The notes: generated from the sequence alone by a model not told the origin. A stretch of 32,000 bases of DNA from Candidatus Nanosynbacter lyticus (GCF_000803625.1 NZ_CP007496.1:480001-512000), one strand, 5' to 3'; counted from the first letter of the stretch, positions 1 through 9,079 are shown. Made by a program: numbers and translations.

Positions 1-712
1 TTACTGTGCGAATCGTTGCAGTAGACTCACCCTCAATCGCTGTCACATCCACACTAAACACAATCTCGATACCCTGTGCCTGCAATGCTTCAGTAGTAGC
101 CCGAGCGATTGCTGGATCTTCACGTGCAAGCAGAGCATCGCCCCTCTCAAATACTGTTACTTTTGTACCAAGTTTGGCATAAGTTGAGGCAAATTCTAAC
201 CCAATATAACCGCCACCAATGATAGCTAGCTGTTTTGGCTGCGTCATTTTATCCAGCAATTCAGTACTGGTATATACAAACGGCTTATCAACACCTGGAA
301 TATCTGGGATAATTGATTCCGCACCGGTGTTAATAAAAATCTGCGGTGCACTCACTACTAGCTCGTCGTCACCCGCCACAATCTTCACAGTACGATCATC
401 TACAAACGATGCCTCACCTTCAATTACGCTCACCGTTTCACGATCTGCGAGCATGTGATAGTTCTTCTCATTCAACCGCGTCACTACCGTTGTCTTATGT
501 GCCATCGCCTCATCAAAACTTTGATGATGTTCGGCTGCATTGACTAGCACCTTAGTAGGAATACAAGCAATATTAATACAGGTGCCGCCATACATCTTTG
601 GCGACCGCTCCACCAGCGCTACCTTTTTGCCCGCATTTGCCAGCGCTACCGCCAATGTCTTGCCAGCTTTGCCAAAACCAATAATAAGTGCGTCAAATTG
701 TTGTGTATCCAT
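1..712 (-). CDS. FAD-dependent pyridine nucleotide-disulfide oxidoreductase (class I, RclA/YkgC-like); N-terminal 237 codons, 3' end runs off the window
   Basis: Absent from the ORF track because it has no stop in the window. Reverse-strand ATG at 712-710 is preceded by GGAGG (716-720). My translation is MDTQQFDALIIGFGKAGKTLAVALANAGKKVALVERSPKMYGGTCINIACIPTKVLV... It shows a GxGxxG FAD fold, a redox-active CxxxxC (GGTCINIACIPTK) and a second Rossmann motif IIGGGYIGLEFA. Confidence 0.85.
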   Translation of the reverse strand, partial: MDTQQFDALIIGFGKAGKTLAVALANAGKKVALVERSPKMYGGTCINIACIPTKVLVNAAEHHQSFDEAMAHKTTVVTRLNEKNYHMLADRETVSVIEGEASFVDDRTVKIVAGDDELVVSAPQIFINTGAESIIPDIPGVDKPFVYTSTELLDKMTQPKQLAIIGGGYIGLEFASTYAKLGTKVTVFERGDALLAREDPAIARATTEALQAQGIEIVFSVDVTAIEGESTATIRTV

Positions 713-835
713 TTACCTCCTCCTATCTTTTTTAGCGATCTCTCTCGCTGTAACAATTTCTCTATCGGCATACAGAACTGCTTCTTTTATCACAAGTTTT
801 TGAGATACTACTATTATCGTGTGCGCAATAGCTCC

Positions 836-1879
836 TTAAAACTGCTCCAAAAAATCCAACTTACCGCTCTCAAAATGCCGCACGTCCTCGATGCCGTATT
901 TCATCATTACCAGCCGGTCAATGCCGCAGCCAAAGGCAAAGCCAGTATACTTATTCGGATCGATGTCGGCAGCCTCCAGCACATTCGGATGTATCATGCC
1001 GCAGCCCAGTAGTTCTATCCAGCCCTCGCCCGAACAAACTTTACAGTCCGGATTTTTGCCTTCACAAAACGGACAGCTCAGCGCGAACTCAAAGCTCGGC
1101 TCAGTGAACGGGAAGTAAAATGGATTGACGCGCACATCCAATTTCTTGCCGTAATATTCCTGCAAAAACTCCTGCAAGGTGGCGATCAGATTACCGACAT
1201 TAACTCCCTTGGCGACATATACGCCCTCAACTTGATAGAACGTGTGCTCGTGGCGCGCGTCCAGATCTTCGTTACGGAACACCCGGTCGGGCACGATGGC
1301 GGCGATTGCCTCGCCCTTCGCCAAATTACCATGATATTTTTTCAACACACGGTTTTGCATGGTTGAGGTGTGCGCCGGCGCGATTAAGCGGTCGCCGTTA
1401 GCGTCAGTCTCCTCGGTCATGAACGTATCATAATCATCGCGCGCCGGGTGGCCTTTTGGAAAATTCAAGCTTTCAAACATGTGGAATTGATCATCAATCT
1501 CGCGCGACTCTTCCGTCACAAAGCCCATGCGATTGAAAATGTCAGAAATGCGGTCAATTTCACGCATCAATGGATGAATCGTACCGCGCTCACTCGGCAG
1601 TAATTCAGGGCGCGGAGCATTGACATCCATCGGTGCCGTCACGTCAATTGGCGGCAAGTCAACTTTTGACAGCTCATCCTCGCGAGCCGTAATCGCCCGC
1701 TCCAACTCCTGTTTCAATTCATTAACCTTTTTACCAAACGCCCCGCGCTCTTCACTAGGCAACGTCGCGATAACGCCATATAGTTCCCGCAGCTCCGCAC
1801 TGCGCAGGACACTGCGAGGTTCAGCCAGCTCATCTACTCGTGATAATAATATTGTTCGAACTTCATCCAACTTTTCCAT
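836..1879 (-). CDS. pheS: phenylalanine--tRNA ligase alpha subunit
   Basis: 347-aa ORF with class II PheS motifs (FPKGHPARD, FRNEDLDARHEHTFYQVEG, GFAFGCGIDRLVM). It has a CxxC..CxxC insertion before GWIELLGCGMIHPNV, as in Firmicute-type PheS. Confidence 0.95.
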   Translation of the reverse strand: MEKLDEVRTILLSRVDELAEPRSVLRSAELRELYGVIATLPSEERGAFGKKVNELKQELERAITAREDELSKVDLPPIDVTAPMDVNAPRPELLPSERGTIHPLMREIDRISDIFNRMGFVTEESREIDDQFHMFESLNFPKGHPARDDYDTFMTEETDANGDRLIAPAHTSTMQNRVLKKYHGNLAKGEAIAAIVPDRVFRNEDLDARHEHTFYQVEGVYVAKGVNVGNLIATLQEFLQEYYGKKLDVRVNPFYFPFTEPSFEFALSCPFCEGKNPDCKVCSGEGWIELLGCGMIHPNVLEAADIDPNKYTGFAFGCGIDRLVMMKYGIEDVRHFESGKLDFLEQF

Positions 1880-1880
1880 A

Positions 1881-2117
1881 TCATCGCCCCTGCATTAAAA
1901 ACATCCCGATAACTACCGCCGCCATAATAGCAATTACAATCCACGCCGGCGCCAACGTCGTCGTCTGCTTCGTATTTTCTAGATATCTCACGTCTTCCAC
2001 GCCGTCAAGACTAGCCTTTTCCTGGAGACCCGACACCTTTGCCTTTTCACGTAGTTCCGCCGCGATTCGCTCCTGCAACTCACTGCGCTGATCGTTCTGA
2101 TTCACAAATAATCCCAT
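1881..2117 (-). CDS. small membrane protein, unknown function
   Basis: 78-aa ORF whose stop abuts the pheS start. It has a charged N-terminal half and a single C-terminal TM (LAPAWIVIAIMAAVVIGMFLM). An extended -10 (TGcTATACT, plus coordinates 2124-2132) lies 6 nt upstream of the ATG. No family recognised. Confidence 0.5.
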   Translation of the reverse strand: MGLFVNQNDQRSELQERIAAELREKAKVSGLQEKASLDGVEDVRYLENTKQTTTLAPAWIVIAIMAAVVIGMFLMQGR

Positions 2118-2174
2118 AACTACAGTATAGCAAATTATGCTATAATAGTCGTAATACTACTTTAAGGAGGGAAT

Positions 2175-3110
2175 ATGGCTACGAAGAAAACTTCAAAGAA
2201 AGCCCCGGTTAAAGCTACGGCAAAGAAAACTGCCGCTAAAACCGAAACCAAAACGACCGTCAAGCGTGTCGTTGCTGAATCTGTTGCGCCCAAAAGTCAG
2301 CGCGCCAAATTAGATTCTAAATTACCAAGCAACTTAATCAATATCGTCATTGCAGAAATCGTCGGCACGTTCATTTTGACGCTAGCCGCAATATTCGCAT
2401 CAGACATCCTATCATCAATGTACGTTGGCTTTGCGCTCATGCTCATCGTCACTGCTATTGGTGGTATTTCTGGCGCACACGTCAACCCAGCCGTTACTTT
2501 CGGTTTGTGGTCAATGCGCAAGCTAAAAACCATTTTGGTACCATTTTACTGGGGCGCCCAGTTCCTTGGTGCAATGGCAGCTATTGTACTAATTGGATCA
2601 TTGACAAATGGCGGCTTTGCGCTTAGCTTTGATCAATTTACCGCATTTTCATGGAATATCTTTGCCATAGAATTAATTGGTACTGCAGTATTCGTATTTG
2701 GTATTGCTGCAGTTCTCCAGCGCAAAGAAATCAAGGTTGCCGGACAAGCTTTTGGGATCGGCTTAGCGTTGATGATCGGCCTAGTTGCATCTGGATCTCT
2801 ATACTCGTACGTTAAAGGTGCCGCTATCGCAAAAATCCAGAAAGAGCAAAACGCCGCTCAATCTGAAAAGGGTGGTCGCACCTACCCACGAGAAATTTAT
2901 GTTTCAGGAGCTACTTTGAACCCAGCAGTCGCTCTAGCAAGCACAGAAAAAACCGACTCCCAACTACGCAGCAGCGGGGTATTGCCAGCTGAAGGCGAGA
3001 AAAGCTACTCTCGCTTTAGCCTAGAGGTTATTGCAGCTACACTAATCGGCGCAGCACTGGGAGGCAACTTGTTCTTACTGGTAAATTACCGCAATAAAGA
3101 CGAAGAGTAA
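2175..3110 (+). CDS. MIP/aquaporin-family channel, divergent
   Basis: 311-aa ORF with strong SD AAGGAGGG (2164-2171) and extended -10 TGCTATAAT (2138-2146). Two NPA boxes (HVNPAVTFG, TLNPAVALA) and six hydrophobic segments. It has a Lys/Thr/Ala-rich N-terminal tail of about 55 aa and insertions flanking the second NPA box. Confidence 0.85.
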   Translation: MATKKTSKKAPVKATAKKTAAKTETKTTVKRVVAESVAPKSQRAKLDSKLPSNLINIVIAEIVGTFILTLAAIFASDILSSMYVGFALMLIVTAIGGISGAHVNPAVTFGLWSMRKLKTILVPFYWGAQFLGAMAAIVLIGSLTNGGFALSFDQFTAFSWNIFAIELIGTAVFVFGIAAVLQRKEIKVAGQAFGIGLALMIGLVASGSLYSYVKGAAIAKIQKEQNAAQSEKGGRTYPREIYVSGATLNPAVALASTEKTDSQLRSSGVLPAEGEKSYSRFSLEVIAATLIGAALGGNLFLLVNYRNKDEE

Positions 3111-3125
3111 GTCACCCTAAATCCG

Positions 3126-3158
3126 AAAAATCCTCCGCTTCAAACGGAGGATTTTTAT
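3126..3158. terminator. bidirectional intrinsic terminator between the convergent MIP gene and rmuC
   Basis: AAAAA-TCCTCCG-cttcaaa-CGGAGGA-TTTTT, a perfect 7-bp GC-rich stem flanked by an A-run and a T-run. Confidence 0.75.
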
Positions 3159-3170
3159 ATTAGATAGCGT

Positions 3171-4241
3171 TTAGTCTTCCTGTGTTGGTCGATCGATTAG
3201 TTCTGGCTGCGTTTGGTGATTACCGCCAGCGATCCGCACCACGTCTTTATCAATCTTGCCCAGCTCTTTATACGAATTATTATAATGCCCGACAGTCGTG
3301 CTGAGACTCTTGCCCATCTTGGTCATTAGCTCGTCAAACTTTTTGACATGCACGCCCAGCTGGCCGACACGTACCTGGATGTCCTTGGCCTGCTCTTCAA
3401 TCTGTAGACTCCTCAGACCCTGCAGCACCGTCTGCAAATACGCCAAAAAGCTGGTCGGACTGACGATGATCACGCGCTTGTCACGAAAGGCATATTCGAT
3501 CAAATCGCGGCTCGAACCGCCCGCACCGACATTATTGATGAGTAGATCATAATACAGCGACTCACTCGGGATGAACATGAAGGCAAAGTCCATAGTATGC
3601 TCACGCGGGCGGATATATTTGCTGGTTTCGTCAATGCGCCCCTTCAGGTCAGCCTTCACCTTGTTTAGCCACAGCTCACGCTCAACTTTGGTCTCGGCAT
3701 TGATCATACGGTTATAATTTTCCAAGCTAAATTTACTATCCACCGGCAAAATCTGCCCCTTGTCTAAAAAAATTACCGCATCAACAATCTCGCCGTCCTT
3801 GAAGCGATATTGCATCTGAAACTGCTTGGCGGGCAGAACATTGTCCAGCACGCTTTCTAAGTAAAACTCGCCGAACACGCCGCGCTGCTTCGGGTTTTGC
3901 AGGACGTTCTGCAGAGTTTTCAGGTCAGTCGCCACGTCAACCACCCGCTTATTTGTTTCATCCAACTTTGCCAACCGCTGTGTCACGTCCGCCACCAACT
4001 TAGCGCTTTCTGACAACTGCTTTTGCACCGAGGTTTGCACCTGAGCGTTGCTGCGCTCAAGTTTATCACTGACTGATTCATTCAGCTTGGCGATGGTCCG
4101 CCCCAACTCCACCACATCGGTTTTGATGAGCTCGACCGATGACTGCTGCTTTAGTTCGCCGAGCTTTGATTGCAGCACAAACAGCGTCGCACCCAACCCC
4201 ATAACGATAATAACTAAGAGAATAATGATAATGGCTTCCAT
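3171..4241 (-). CDS. rmuC: DNA recombination protein RmuC
   Basis: 356-aa ORF with an N-terminal TM, a long coiled-coil and a C-terminal RmuC-type nuclease-like region (FAFMFIPSESLYYDL, VIIVSPTSFLAYLQTV). Confidence 0.88.
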   Translation of the reverse strand: MEAIIIILLVIIVMGLGATLFVLQSKLGELKQQSSVELIKTDVVELGRTIAKLNESVSDKLERSNAQVQTSVQKQLSESAKLVADVTQRLAKLDETNKRVVDVATDLKTLQNVLQNPKQRGVFGEFYLESVLDNVLPAKQFQMQYRFKDGEIVDAVIFLDKGQILPVDSKFSLENYNRMINAETKVERELWLNKVKADLKGRIDETSKYIRPREHTMDFAFMFIPSESLYYDLLINNVGAGGSSRDLIEYAFRDKRVIIVSPTSFLAYLQTVLQGLRSLQIEEQAKDIQVRVGQLGVHVKKFDELMTKMGKSLSTTVGHYNNSYKELGKIDKDVVRIAGGNHQTQPELIDRPTQED

Positions 4242-4259
4242 ACTCTTAGTGTACAGGGA

Positions 4260-4754
4260 TTACAGAGACAAGACAACTCGCGCCAAAATTGCAAACAACG
4301 TCACGAAAAGTATCGCTGCCCAATTGCCACGAATCCGGTTCAGCCAAATCAATGACAGATACACCAGCACTGTTGCTACAATCACCCAAATCAACGACAG
4401 AGCCCAAGGACCATTTGCCCATAACGTAACTCCCCATAAGGATGCGGTGGCCGCGAGAACCACCAGAAGTGGTCGCTTTATACCAAATACCGCCAGTAGC
4501 GGCACCAGCATCACCCCAACTAGAATCAAAGATATATAAGAGGCAATACTCGTGCTATTTGCGCAAATAGAAATATTATCTGCATTCGAGCAAAATACAG
4601 GCGTAATCATAAATTTATCAAAAGCAAGCGCTAGCAGCCAGATAACTGCACCACTCACAACCAGAGCCACTAGAATTCTTAGAAAACTCATCTTTGGAAA
4701 TGAATATGTATATTCCGAAGTTTCTTCCCGAAAAATAGCCGACAACAATTTCAT
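4260..4754 (-). CDS. polytopic membrane protein, unknown function
   Basis: The ORF track extends to a TTG at 4781. I prefer ATG 4754 (MKLLSAIF...), which has a TACAAT -10-like box (4761-4766) 6 nt upstream. Four or five hydrophobic helices. No family recognised. Confidence 0.5.
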   Translation of the reverse strand: MKLLSAIFREETSEYTYSFPKMSFLRILVALVVSGAVIWLLALAFDKFMITPVFCSNADNISICANSTSIASYISLILVGVMLVPLLAVFGIKRPLLVVLAATASLWGVTLWANGPWALSLIWVIVATVLVYLSLIWLNRIRGNWAAILFVTLFAILARVVLSL

Positions 4755-4799
4755 AAATAAATTGTAACGTAAACTTGTCAATATTACAAATGTATATGC

Positions 4800-5333
4800 T
4801 TAAATATCCGACTTTTCTGCGTGCTTCATCGGTACATACCAGATAATACCCACACAGGCAATCAACAATCCGCCAATAACGTCAAGCGGTGTATGCACCA
4901 AAGCAATCACCCGCCCCACACATACCAGAATTGTCATCGCCAGACAAATAACCGCCAGTCGCCGATCCTTAGCGCCAAACCACACCGCCAGCGTAATTGC
5001 CATTGTAAATAACGCGTGGTCAGACGGAAAGCCTGGATTATTCAAAAACGACGCCCCCGCCGCCACTCCTAAAACCTCAAACGGCCGCATTTGGTCCGGC
5101 TGATAAATCACTCCGATAATTTTTGCTGCCACATACGCCGTTAGCCCCGCCATCAGCACCCGAGCGTAAACCTGATATTTTTTATCATTAGGCACCAGTT
5201 TTAGTAACGCATAAGCCCCGATCAACACAATCGGCACAACCAATCCATCGGCGATCAATTTAACAATCCATTGCAAGTCCATATCATCAGTATATCGCGT
5301 TGGCGGACGCTCGTAAACGCTTGCAGAAATCAT
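4800..5333 (-). CDS. PAP2-family phosphatase (phosphatidic acid / undecaprenyl-diphosphate phosphatase-like)
   Basis: The three PAP2 motifs are present: ...QMRPF, FPSDHA and GRVIALVHTPLDVIGG. The ORF-track start 5348 is a TTG. ATG 5333 has TACTAT 6 nt upstream. The start remains uncertain (5282 is also possible). Confidence 0.8.
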   Translation of the reverse strand: MISASVYERPPTRYTDDMDLQWIVKLIADGLVVPIVLIGAYALLKLVPNDKKYQVYARVLMAGLTAYVAAKIIGVIYQPDQMRPFEVLGVAAGASFLNNPGFPSDHALFTMAITLAVWFGAKDRRLAVICLAMTILVCVGRVIALVHTPLDVIGGLLIACVGIIWYVPMKHAEKSDI

Positions 5334-5361
5334 TTTTCTATAGTACAATTATTTTTGCCGT

Positions 5362-5436
5362 TGGGATGTCGCCAAGTGGTAAGGCACCGGGTTCTGGTCC
5401 CGGCATTCGGGGGTTCGAATCCCTCCATCCCAGCCA
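5362..5436 (+). tRNA. tRNA-Gln (anticodon CTG), CCA encoded
   Basis: Manual cloverleaf: acceptor TGGGATG/CATCCCA, anticodon stem CCGGG/CCCGG with loop TT-CTG-GT, T arm GGGGG-TTCGAAT-CCCTC, discriminator G plus CCA. Confidence 0.93.
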
Positions 5437-5613
5437 TGAAATTTTCGCGCTATATTTTTCTTTTTTAATTGTAAAAACTCTTTCTGGCTGTCCATCTACT
5501 ACTCAATTAGTAGAAATTTTAGGGCTTTACCTAGGTAATAGAGTCGCCGCGCTACACGCAACCCTGGATGGAACTGCTGTTAAGAGTTGAAAAATAAGTT
5601 ATAATATGTTTAC

Positions 5614-7255
5614 ATGATTAGCCTCAACCATGTCTCTTATGAAATTGACGGAAAAGAAATTCTTCATGACGTATCGTTCACCATTAATAGCGGTGAAAAA
5701 ATTGGCATCGTAGGACCAAACGGCGCTGGCAAAACAACACTTTTAAAACTTATCGATGGTGACCTCGTTCCTACTTCTGGTGAGATTGTAAGGACTAAAG
5801 AAGAGATTGGTATGTTACCGCAAGATTTGCGCGAATGGCTAGACCATAGTGTATATGGATTTATTGAAGAAGTTACAAGAGTCAAGGGTGCACGCGAACA
5901 GTTTGACGGGCAGTACGTCAAGCTTGAACATGACTCGAGCGAACACACACTTTTACTCTATGCTGATGCACTCGAGCGCTATGACAAGTTTGAGGTCGTA
6001 TTGTTTGGTGCGAATTTAGAAAAGACACTAAGGCGCGCCGGTATAGCCTCGATTGACGTTGATAAGGAAATCGGTAACTTTTCTGGCGGTCAGCGAACGC
6101 GAATTGCGCTTGCAGCAGTGTTTGCTTCGCATTACGATATCGTCCTACTCGATGAGCCAACCAATAATCTTGACGAAAAAGGCGTCGTTGTATTAGAAAA
6201 ATTTATCAAAGGCTCTAATGCAGCCTTCCTGATAGTATCGCACGATCGTCGTTTCCTCAGAAACGTAACAAGTCGTATCATTGAGATTATGGGCGGAGAT
6301 CAGGGTATACGACAATACAGCCTCGGATATGACGAATATGTCGAAGCTAGGGAGAGGGCAAGGCAAGCCACCTTTGATCGCTATGAGCAATACGAGAAAG
6401 AAACGGCTAGAACGTAGTGCGAAATCTGCAAGAGTCAAAGCAAATTCAGCTGGATCTAATCGTTCGAGTTCGGACAATGACAAACTTTCCGCTCATTTTC
6501 GAAAAGAAAAAGCCGCTAGTGGACTTGCGGGTACAGCAAACAGCATAAGTACACGTATCGGACAACTTGATGAACCGGAAAGACCAGAGGAAGATATATC
6601 ATTGAGCTTCCTCTTCAAAGAGCAGTCTACAAAAAAGCTCAATCTGCTTTCTGTCACAAACTTAGAGATGGACTATGGTAATGGCCAAAAAATTGGACCG
6701 ATTTCTCTAAATATTCGTTCGGGCGACAAAGTATTACTTACGGGCGAAAATGGTGCAGGTAAGACTTCAATTATACGAGGAATTATGAATATGGCACCGG
6801 TCTCTTCCGGTAGTATTCACACCAACAAAGATGCAGGGTTGATTTATATTGATCAAAATCAAACACTGCCACTTCCGAGTGCTTCTGCACTTGATAATCT
6901 ACGCTACTTAGCTCCTTCACTCGAGCTACATGATGCTATAAATCTACTAATCAGGTTCAACATTAAGAAGGATACATTGCAAACAACGCCAGGGTCAGAA
7001 CTAAGCGGTGGTGAGCGTGCGAAAGTACTGCTTGCGGGGATGACAGCAAATGACGCAGGCCTACTTATTCTTGATGAGCCGACCAACAATCTCGACATTG
7101 CTACTATTGAGGCACTAGAGGCAGCCCTTAAACAATACCGAGGCGGTACGCTACTCGTTTCACACGATCGAGACTTTATCAAGAATGTGGGCATCACCGA
7201 AAGTATAAGTATTGCCCCTTCCTGCAGATTAAAATGTCGCACCAAACAAGATTGA
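5614..7255 (+). pseudogene. ABC-F family ATPase (two tandem ABC domains) interrupted by a +1 frame change near 6394-6417
   Basis: ORF 5614-6417 (frame 1) carries Walker A GPNGAGKTT, signature FSGGQRTRIALA and Walker B IVLLDEPTNNLD. ORF 6281-7255 (frame 2) carries the inter-domain linker, GENGAGKTS, LSGGERAKVLLA and LLILDEPTNNLD. The frames join around YEQYEKE|(K)RLERSAKSA within GAGAAAGAAACGG. The repaired length of about 545 aa is typical of ABC-F proteins. Confidence 0.8.
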
Positions 7256-7555
7256 TTGCCCACCATTCAGGACAGTCCAGCTCTCTAAGAAAATCAGACC
7301 AGCTAAGCTAACTTTCACCGCCAATCTGCTAACAAAGAGTATTTTGGTGGGTAATTTCATGCCGAGCAAATACGGTATTGACCATAGCTCAAACAAGACC
7401 AGTAATATCGCCACTGCGACACTGGTGTTATAATTTTTGAAAATAGCGTCCAATTCTGTTGGAAACTTCTCAAATGTGAACAATTGACACAATAACAACA
7501 AGATAACCAATACACCCGTGATTAGTTTTGCAATTTTTATCGTTTTTTCCGACAT
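7229..7555 (-). CDS. small membrane protein, unknown function
   Basis: 108-aa ORF with three hydrophobic helices. A promoter-like TTGAGC-17nt-TATACT has its -10 box (7562-7567) 6 nt upstream of the ATG. The 3' end overlaps the convergent ABC-F gene by 27 nt. Confidence 0.5.
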   Translation of the reverse strand: MSEKTIKIAKLITGVLVILLLLCQLFTFEKFPTELDAIFKNYNTSVAVAILLVLFELWSIPYLLGMKLPTKILFVSRLAVKVSLAGLIFLESWTVLNGGQSILFGATF

Positions 7556-7717
7556 AACTTTAGTATAGCCTGCGTTCCAGAAAAGCTCAAGCTTGTTGTA
7601 ATTTTTACGAAAACACTTGCTCTTTTTAATAAAACATCATACAGTTAAATTAGCGAACGTTACAAAAATAAACACCACAAAATCGTATCTTTCGCTCTAC
7701 GACATCCACCACAACTT

Positions 7718-7746
7718 AAAATACCCCGTCTCTATGGGGTATTTTT
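7718..7746 (-). terminator. intrinsic terminator overlapping the trmD stop codon
   Basis: AAAATACCCC-gtctctat-GGGGTATTTT hairpin. The trmD TAG (7732-7734) lies in the loop. Confidence 0.6.
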
Positions 7747-8400
7747 CTTTGTCAACATTTGCGACTGCTCGGCACGCCACCTGGCGATATTTCCATGATG
7801 GCCACTTAACAGCACATCAGGTACTCGAAGCCCCTTAAATTCCTCAGGCCGAGTATACTGCGGAAATTCCAGAGTCTCGCCGTCTGAAAAACTCTCAATT
7901 TCCGCCGACTTTTCGCCGCCCAAAACTCCAGGAATCAACCTAACAATAGAATCAATCATCATCATTGCCGCCAGCTCTCCGCCCGTCAGCACAAAATCGC
8001 CAATACTCCATTGTTCATCAACTAGTTCTAAAATTCGCTCATCAACACCCTCGTATCGCCCGCAAATAAATATCACACCCCTGTCATCATCGGCTTCTTC
8101 TTGGGCTTTAGTCTGCCTCCAGCGTTGCCCTCGCGGGCTCATTAATACCACCTTCGCTGTTTCATCTTGAGATTTCGCAAATTCCACCGCCTTCCATAAC
8201 GGCTCAACCATCAGCAGCATGCCATCACCGCCGCCATACGGCGTATCGTCCACCTGACGCCGCGACCCCAAACCAAACTCCCGCAGATTCACCGTCGTAA
8301 GCTCTACGATACCGTCTTTCTGGGCCTTCCACATCATGGAATTATTAAAAACTCCCGTTGTCATTTCTGGGAAAAGCGTAATTACTTGAAACTTTCTCAT
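7732..8400 (-). CDS. trmD: tRNA (guanine37-N1)-methyltransferase
   Basis: 222-aa ORF with TrmD signatures ITLFPEM, DDTPYGGGDGMLL, ICGRYEGVDERI and SIGDFVLTGGELAAMMMIDS. Confidence 0.95.
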   Translation of the reverse strand: MRKFQVITLFPEMTTGVFNNSMMWKAQKDGIVELTTVNLREFGLGSRRQVDDTPYGGGDGMLLMVEPLWKAVEFAKSQDETAKVVLMSPRGQRWRQTKAQEEADDDRGVIFICGRYEGVDERILELVDEQWSIGDFVLTGGELAAMMMIDSIVRLIPGVLGGEKSAEIESFSDGETLEFPQYTRPEEFKGLRVPDVLLSGHHGNIARWRAEQSQMLTKKNTP

Positions 8401-8420
8401 CTGTTACAGTGTAGCAAGTG

Positions 8421-8449
8421 TTGACTTTTTTGTCCAGGTATGATATATA
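8421..8449 (+). promoter_or_regulatory. sigma70-type promoter for ORF 8505 (TTGACT-17nt-TATATA)
   Basis: -35 TTGACT at 8421-8426, a 17-nt spacer and -10 TATATA at 8444-8449, about 50 nt upstream of ATG 8505. It interdigitates with the divergent trmD promoter (-10 8408-8413, -35 8431-8436 on the minus strand). Confidence 0.5.
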
Positions 8450-8504
8450 TATCAGCCTTTACTCGACCGAGTGAAGGTAGCCCTCATACAGGAAGGAAAG
8501 CATC

Positions 8505-9071
8505 ATGCACAAGGACGCTGAATCGTGGGAGATGACGCTCGCGGAATGCGGGTTGTTGTCTTACTCTACTGTGAAAGAAGCACCCGACGGGCATGTATCC
8601 ATCACTATCACCGCCTTAGTCTCTATGGAGCCAAACGCCTCCAGCGAGCAGTCGGAGGAAGCGGCATTTGAGGTCCTCCTCGGGTCCGAGGTCAGCGCTA
8701 TTTGGTGGGCGGACGATGGCTATGGAGTGACTCTTAATTCTCTGTACGATAACTGTACCATCACCGTCTACGACGGCACCGGATGGTGTGATTTCGACAA
8801 GAGAGACAAAGAGTCTGTCCAGCTCGACCAGCAATTTGGGGAGATCTCTTGGGAAGGTCATCCCGAAATTTATCTGTACGACTTCCTCAATGAAGTTGTC
8901 GGAAGCGAGCTTACGAACGTCTTTCTTAAGCACGCCTCCCCTGAGGTCTGTCTGCGGAGGATTTATGACACCGAGGAGTGTCAGAGACACCTTCCTCAGA
9001 GGATCGAAAATAGCTCCCACGAACTCTGGGACAACGTGCATCCTGCGTGGAGCATTCGCTCCCGCAACTAG
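8505..9071 (+). CDS. hypothetical acidic cytoplasmic protein (188 aa), no recognisable domain
   Basis: This is the longest ORF in the region. It has its own promoter, a weak SD (GGAAGGAAAG) and its own long terminator hairpin. No TM or signal peptide. Codon usage is C/G-ending (CTC, GAC, GAG, TCC), unlike the flanking genes. Confidence 0.6.
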   Translation: MHKDAESWEMTLAECGLLSYSTVKEAPDGHVSITITALVSMEPNASSEQSEEAAFEVLLGSEVSAIWWADDGYGVTLNSLYDNCTITVYDGTGWCDFDKRDKESVQLDQQFGEISWEGHPEIYLYDFLNEVVGSELTNVFLKHASPEVCLRRIYDTEECQRHLPQRIENSSHELWDNVHPAWSIRSRN

Positions 9072-9079
9072 GGCTTAAC

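Noticed and set aside
219-1118. Plus-strand ORFs overlapping the oxidoreductase and pheS genes.
   Set aside because: They are antisense shadows of well-supported minus-strand genes and have no start signals.
5271-5590. ORFs 5271-5468 and 5300-5590 on the plus strand.
   Set aside because: They read straight through tRNA-Gln (5362-5436), so they are artefacts.
6281-6400. The second ABC-F ORF as an independent gene starting at 6281, or a programmed prfB-like +1 frameshift.
   Set aside because: The first 40 or so residues of the 6281 ORF (MRLWAEIRVYDNTASD...) are an out-of-frame read of the first ABC domain, with no RBS. No SD-like stimulator plus slippery-codon/stop arrangement resembling prfB (CUU UGA) is present. 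A simple indel is more parsimonious.
7556-7731. Searched for rplS (L19), which normally follows trmD, and for a small RNA in this 176-bp spacer.
   Set aside because: There is no ORF with L19-like sequence on either strand. Only the trmD terminator and the promoter of the next gene are evident, so rplS must lie elsewhere.
8505-9071. ORF 8505 acquired specifically from a high-GC actinobacterial host of an epibiont.
   Set aside because: The idea fits a Saccharibacteria-like lifestyle. However, the lineage assignment is itself inference, the GC elevation is modest (about 53% by hand count), and no homology evidence is available. It is not claimed.
8616-9078. Alternative ORFs in the island (141 aa minus strand 8616-9041; 96 aa plus strand 8788-9078).
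   Set aside because: They are fully nested in ORF 8505-9071 and lack promoter or RBS signals. The 188-aa frame has a promoter, an RBS-like site and a terminator. They are typical shadow ORFs of GC-richer DNA.
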